The position numbers and the translations under genes are program-made. A stretch of DNA of 64,000 nt from Candidatus Firestoneibacteriota bacterium (GTDB lineage Bacteria > Oederibacteriota > D2-FULL-39-29 > CAIOVX01): positions 2,547-66,546 of the forward strand of contig CAIOVX010000027.1 of assembly GCA_903861835.1 (NCBI GenBank), read 5' to 3'. Each line of letters opens with the position of its first letter. The first letter of the stretch is position 1. Below are positions 59,381-64,000 of the stretch, in pieces. The notes under the pieces are model-generated. The model saw nothing but the letters and a program-made list of their open reading frames with translations. It made no database searches and was not told the DNA's origin.

Positions 59381-60406
59381 ATGGATATAAAAATGTGGGG
59401 CGAAGCGCTGACAGTAATTCCCAGGGTGGATAAAGAACGCTGGGAAAAGCTTGATATCATATCAAAATGGCTGATTTCTACAAGAGCGGCCGTGCTAATA
59501 ATGACCCTCCTTTCGGCCGCCATCGGCGGAATTCTTGCCTATATGGACAGGACGGCGCACGGCCATAAATTTGATTTTCACCTTCTGGTTATCTGCGTCC
59601 TCGGCCTGGTGATGGCCCACGCAGCAAATAACATTTTGAACGACATAGTTGATCATTTTAAGGGCGTGGACAAGGGAAATTACTACCGCGCTCAGTACGG
59701 GCCGCAGCCGCTTGAACACGGGCTGATGAGTTTCAGGGAACTCTTCATTTATTTCTTTATCACCGGCTTCATTGCTTTTACCGCGGGCGTTTACCTGGTT
59801 TATCTTACCGGCTGGACAACCCTGTGGCTTTTTGCGGCGGGTTCATTCTTCCTGCTCTTTTATACCTGGCCCCTGAAATATTTTGGTCTCGGAGAGATAG
59901 CGGTGGTAATTGTCTGGGGCCCGCTTATGATAGGGGGCACGTACTTTGTCTGCTCGGGCGCCTGGAGCTGGCAGGCCTGTCTAATCTCGCTGCCCTACGC
60001 GCTCGGAGTCACAACCGTGCTTTTCGGAAAACACATTGACAAGCTCGAACAGGATAAAGAAAAGAAGGTCAGGACGCTTCCGGTTATTGTTGGGGAAAAA
60101 GTTTCAAGGTATTCGGTGATAGCGATGATGGCCCTGCAGTACGGGATAGCTTTTTTTCTGGTCTTTCGCGGGTATCTTGCCCTCGCGCTGACCGCCTTCT
60201 CGCTGAATATGTTTGTCGCGGTTGCAGGGATTTATCTTAAGAAAAAACCGGAAAGAGAGCCGGAAAACTATCCCAAAAATACCTGGCCGCTCTATTTTGT
60301 CGCTTACGCCTTCCAGCACAACAAAAGATTCGGCCTGCTTTTTTTCGCGGCGCTTCTGCTCCAGGCCTTTCTAATCCCCATCCTCAGACAGCTTGCCGGC
60401 AGCTAG
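59381..60406 (+). CDS. UbiA/MenA family prenyltransferase
   Basis: NNILNDIVDH..GVD, HIDKLEQD...RTLPV, multiple TM segments. Confidence 0.85.
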   Translation: MDIKMWGEALTVIPRVDKERWEKLDIISKWLISTRAAVLIMTLLSAAIGGILAYMDRTAHGHKFDFHLLVICVLGLVMAHAANNILNDIVDHFKGVDKGNYYRAQYGPQPLEHGLMSFRELFIYFFITGFIAFTAGVYLVYLTGWTTLWLFAAGSFFLLFYTWPLKYFGLGEIAVVIVWGPLMIGGTYFVCSGAWSWQACLISLPYALGVTTVLFGKHIDKLEQDKEKKVRTLPVIVGEKVSRYSVIAMMALQYGIAFFLVFRGYLALALTAFSLNMFVAVAGIYLKKKPEREPENYPKNTWPLYFVAYAFQHNKRFGLLFFAALLLQAFLIPILRQLAGS

Positions 60407-60410
60407 ACGC

Positions 60411-62951
60411 TTATAGCCGGACCGTGATTTCGTGTTTGCCGCCGGACTTAAACATGCCGTCCGGCGCGATAAATAAAATCCTTCCCGAAACCTTATCTTT
60501 TTCTGTTGTCTTGACCTCTTTTCCGTCAACCTGCATGCTCTTGACCGAGCATTCGGACGCATCGGGATTTATAATGGCAAGGTGAACTGCCGCTCCGAGC
60601 CAGTTGAAATTCGCTTCAATTTTTTTAAAGTGTTTTGGGATGCAAGGGTCAATTGCCAGGCCGCAAAGGAGCGGCCGGATGCCATACATCCAGTCATATA
60701 CCATCCGAAGTCCATAGGCAATGCTGCCGGTGAGAAAGTTCATGCCTCCGCGGAAGGGATATCCGGGAAGTTCCTGCCAGCAGTTAACCACTCCGTAAGG
60801 AGGGGTCATTGCGAGTTTCAACGGATGCCTTTCCTGGTCGTAAGGCAGAAGGTACTGGATCACGTCAAAGAGCCTGTCGCCTTTTCCGGCGGAAGCCAAC
60901 CCTCTGCCAAGGAATCCGTGAGAGCCGTGGTTGTAGGCGGTAGCGTTCTCGGAGCGGAAAGCCGTGAGATCCCCGCTGCCGACTCTTCCGGTGTTCGCAA
61001 TCGGTTTCTTTCCCATCGGCGGCCAGCAGAGGCGGTAACCCGCGCTGCATTTCAGTTTGTCCATCTCGCTCATCAGGTTCTCAACAAGTTCAGGTATTGC
61101 GACACCGGAACTTAAGGCGAACCAGTTTGCCGGACCGTAAAGTCTGCGCTCGCCGTCCGGGTCCTTGTCTGAATAGAGCCAGGCGCCGTCATCATTGAAA
61201 ACGCTGTTAAAATAGCCTTCTTTGTTCAACGCGTGTTTCAGGAGAGCGTTTTTGAGCTCCTCCATTTTTCCGGAATAAAGAGAGAGCAGGGTTTTAATCT
61301 CGCCGGCAGGAAGCAGCCCATGGTATTTTTCCCTGCTTGCGAGCAATTCCAGAAGAGAGGAGAGCTGCCGCAGTGAAATAATGATCTGATTTGTTACCGT
61401 AACGCTTTCGCCCCGTCCCTTTACGCCGGCCCGGTTGAGCGCGTCAAGCCAGTCGCCCTCCCCTATCTTGCAGAGGCCGTGCTCCCCGATGTTTGCGGGG
61501 TTTAAGTAGTACTCCGCCGCTTTAAGCGCATGAGAGAGAACCGTATTTTCTTCGTCGCTTTCAAGCCAGGGAAGTTTTTCCGAAAGAAGAGCAAAGTCTC
61601 TGGTAAAGCAAAGATATTCATAGAACAGTTCAATGAGGAAGTTCCCTGCGTCTACATAGTTTCGCAGGTCGTGAATCCCTTTTCTTCCTTTAGCCGCTAT
61701 CCCTCTTGGTATCCAGCCGTCCTGCCGCTGGCACGAAAAGAGAGTTTTGATAGTCTCTTTCGCCCAGTCCGGATTTAGCGGTATCATAGCCGTGAAATCA
61801 TTCGCGGCGTCTCTGCAGCCGCGCATCCCCGTCGGCCAGCCGCGATCAAGCGAGCAGGTCCAGTCGAGCTGGAGCGGCAGCCATTCATTTACATAACGGT
61901 TCAAAGCCGCATCAGGAGTCTTAATGGTTCTCGCGCCGAAGAGTTTCTCGTACTCTTCTTCAATTCCGTCTGTTTCTCGCCTGCATTCACGGTCGTTTAG
62001 CCACCGCGCGGGTTTTTCAGCTTGAGAAAGTTCTGGAAGCAGCCCGTCTTTATCCGGCTCAAGCATTGAGAGAACCTGCGTGAAACCGCGTGCTTCCCCC
62101 GGAGTGAAAATATATTCGTACCTACAGGCGTTTGTGTGCGGATATCCTGTGTGCAGGTTCCCTTTATCATATATACCCCACGGGCGGGCGTCGGAAAGAG
62201 AGAGGCGGAGTTTGCCCGCGTAGATAGCTTCAGGATTTTCAAAACTGCCCTGCCCCGCAAAATCTTCATAGCGAAGTTCGGCTCCGGTAAGGTTCTCACG
62301 ATCGGACCAGAGCACTCCCGTCCTTCGCTGTGTTTTGTCTCCCTTAGGGTTCATCAGCTGAAGAGATATGCCGGCCTGTTTTTCAAGACAGAAAGCGGTC
62401 TTCAAATACCATTCCGGCTTGTCCCACGACGCAGTCAGGACCGAATTGAAGAAAGGGAGAAGCGCCGGAACGGCGCTTACTTTAAGGTTTTTCTTGGTAA
62501 GATTTGAAAGGCGTACTTTCATTACGATTGCCGGTTCATCGCGCGGCACGAAGAATTCGGTTACAACTTTGAGCCCCTCGTTTTCCACGGTGTAAACCGC
62601 CTTGTGCGGGAAAAAATCGGCCCTGTAAAAATCCGGTTTTGCGGCAGGGCTTCCGGAGCCCTGAAGCGGGCGGAAGTAGTTGGTAAAACTGCCGTGTTTG
62701 AAAGACGGGGAGGAAAACCAGACAAGCCAGCTCGCGTAGCGCTGGAACGGGTCGCGGCGAAAAAGCATTATATCGCTTGGCGGTTCCGCCTGAGCGTAAA
62801 CCGGGCCGTGCTGGTCGAGTTTCAGGAGCATGCGCCGGTTCTGATAGATGTATTCCCACGAAGCCGGCAGGTTCAGCGTGTCGAGCGTGAAAGAGGCTTT
62901 TGCCTTTCCAAAATGTCCGTAGCCTAGAAGCTCCAAATCTTCAAGTCTCAT
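60411..62951 (-). CDS. GH94-like glycoside phosphorylase (start revised to ATG 62951)
   Basis: GCRDAAND, GEGDWLDAL...GESV, ENATAYNH, TGSIAY, IDPCIP; GGAG RBS. Confidence 0.85.
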   Translation of the reverse strand: MRLEDLELLGYGHFGKAKASFTLDTLNLPASWEYIYQNRRMLLKLDQHGPVYAQAEPPSDIMLFRRDPFQRYASWLVWFSSPSFKHGSFTNYFRPLQGSGSPAAKPDFYRADFFPHKAVYTVENEGLKVVTEFFVPRDEPAIVMKVRLSNLTKKNLKVSAVPALLPFFNSVLTASWDKPEWYLKTAFCLEKQAGISLQLMNPKGDKTQRRTGVLWSDRENLTGAELRYEDFAGQGSFENPEAIYAGKLRLSLSDARPWGIYDKGNLHTGYPHTNACRYEYIFTPGEARGFTQVLSMLEPDKDGLLPELSQAEKPARWLNDRECRRETDGIEEEYEKLFGARTIKTPDAALNRYVNEWLPLQLDWTCSLDRGWPTGMRGCRDAANDFTAMIPLNPDWAKETIKTLFSCQRQDGWIPRGIAAKGRKGIHDLRNYVDAGNFLIELFYEYLCFTRDFALLSEKLPWLESDEENTVLSHALKAAEYYLNPANIGEHGLCKIGEGDWLDALNRAGVKGRGESVTVTNQIIISLRQLSSLLELLASREKYHGLLPAGEIKTLLSLYSGKMEELKNALLKHALNKEGYFNSVFNDDGAWLYSDKDPDGERRLYGPANWFALSSGVAIPELVENLMSEMDKLKCSAGYRLCWPPMGKKPIANTGRVGSGDLTAFRSENATAYNHGSHGFLGRGLASAGKGDRLFDVIQYLLPYDQERHPLKLAMTPPYGVVNCWQELPGYPFRGGMNFLTGSIAYGLRMVYDWMYGIRPLLCGLAIDPCIPKHFKKIEANFNWLGAAVHLAIINPDASECSVKSMQVDGKEVKTTEKDKVSGRILFIAPDGMFKSGGKHEITVRL

Positions 62952-63123
62952 TTGCGCTCCAGTATTGCAGAGATGCCATAAATTATAGCAATACCGGGCG
63001 CAATCAGCAAAACAATAAACAAAAAGAGAGAAATCCCTTGAATCCGCCGCCAAAGTGTATAATAATTCATTGGAGACATCGTGTTACCTGACGGAAAGCA
63101 AATCTATTTATATTAGAGGGCGT

Positions 63124-64000
63124 ATGACAAGCAAGACCGGGTACGTAAATGTTTTAGAGGACGGAGCGGCCGGAGACGGAATCGCCAATGACACGGGGGC
63201 TATCCAGAAAGCGATAGATACCTGCAGTCTTAAGGGCGGGACGGTCATTTTTTCTCCGGGAACTTACAGCTGCGGAACGCTTTTTCTTAAAAGCAATGTC
63301 ACGCTTCACCTTTCTAAGGGAGCGATGCTTCTGGGGCGTCCCGACACCTCTTTATATCCGCATATAGCGCATAAAGTTCCTTCGACTTTGGACAAGGCCC
63401 CCTGGCGCGCGTTCATCTACGCTTTTGAACAGGAGAATATAAGTATAACGGGGGAGGGTACGATCTCTCCGAACGGCGCGCATGAGGCTTTTCAGGATCA
63501 CATTGGCGACAGCCCGGACCGCCCATTCGGTATTCATTTTGTAAGATGCAAAAAAGTTACAGTGGAAGGAATCAGCCTTATCAACTCCGCTTTTTGGGTC
63601 CAGCGCTACTTTGAATGCGAAGACCTGAGAATACGCGGGATTAGTGTTTTCGCCCACGCAAATTACAACAATGACGGCCTGGATATAGACGGCTGCAAAA
63701 GAGTTGTCGTGGCTGATTGCAAAATAGATTCTTCCGATGACGCGCTCTGCTTTAAGTCCCACGGCAACAGGCCCTGCGAGGAAGTTGTTGTGACAAACTG
63801 CATTTTGAGCTCTCACGCTTCGGCCATAAAACTTGGAACCGGGTCTGTCGGCGGCTTCAGTAAAATAAATATATCAAACTGCATCATAAAACCCTCTATT
63901 GCCGAAAAAGTACACCACCCGCTGAAAGCTAAGAACGGTCTTATGGGTATAGACCTGGGCAGCGTGGATGGCGGGCGCATGGAAGATATTTGTTTCAGCA
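63124..64000 (+). CDS. GH28 family glycoside hydrolase (3' end runs off the window)
   Basis: Manual translation MTSKTGYVNVLEDGAAGDGIANDTGAIQKAID...LFLKSNVTLHL...NNDGLDID...SSDDALCFKS. Confidence 0.88.
   Translation, partial: MTSKTGYVNVLEDGAAGDGIANDTGAIQKAIDTCSLKGGTVIFSPGTYSCGTLFLKSNVTLHLSKGAMLLGRPDTSLYPHIAHKVPSTLDKAPWRAFIYAFEQENISITGEGTISPNGAHEAFQDHIGDSPDRPFGIHFVRCKKVTVEGISLINSAFWVQRYFECEDLRIRGISVFAHANYNNDGLDIDGCKRVVVADCKIDSSDDALCFKSHGNRPCEEVVVTNCILSSHASAIKLGTGSVGGFSKINISNCIIKPSIAEKVHHPLKAKNGLMGIDLGSVDGGRMEDICFS

Overview
This window spans the chromosomal replication origin of a diderm bacterium with Firmicutes-like gene order. The left arm (minus strand) runs arsC(partial)-arsR | parB-parA-rsmG-mnmG-mnmE-[secreted HEAT-like protein]-yidC-yidD-rnpA-rpmH. 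The right arm (plus strand) runs dnaA-oriC-dnaN-recF-dciA-gyrB-[GAF-ANTAR]. There are two parS sites and three DnaA-box clusters. Next comes a PIN/TRAM-ispD...ispF...gltX block interrupted by accessory genes, then a cobalamin-riboswitch-controlled cobamide salvage operon (CbiR-like TIM barrel, btuC/D, cobO, cobT, cobU, cobS, btuB, tonB, a putative outer-membrane protein). After that are speD, an Arg/Lys decarboxylase, an unannotated 46-aa Cys-rich miniprotein coupled to a DksA-family gene, polA-coaE, and carbohydrate/hydrolase genes (GH130, GH94, GH28). The most striking unexplained signal is about 30 intergenic elements from five families of degenerate 7-9-nt tandem units, often arranged as long palindromes. 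They cluster at gene junctions and frequently overlap or supply the stop codon of the upstream gene. No rRNA, tRNA, CRISPR array or transposase was seen. All calls come from reading motifs by eye; no database search was run.
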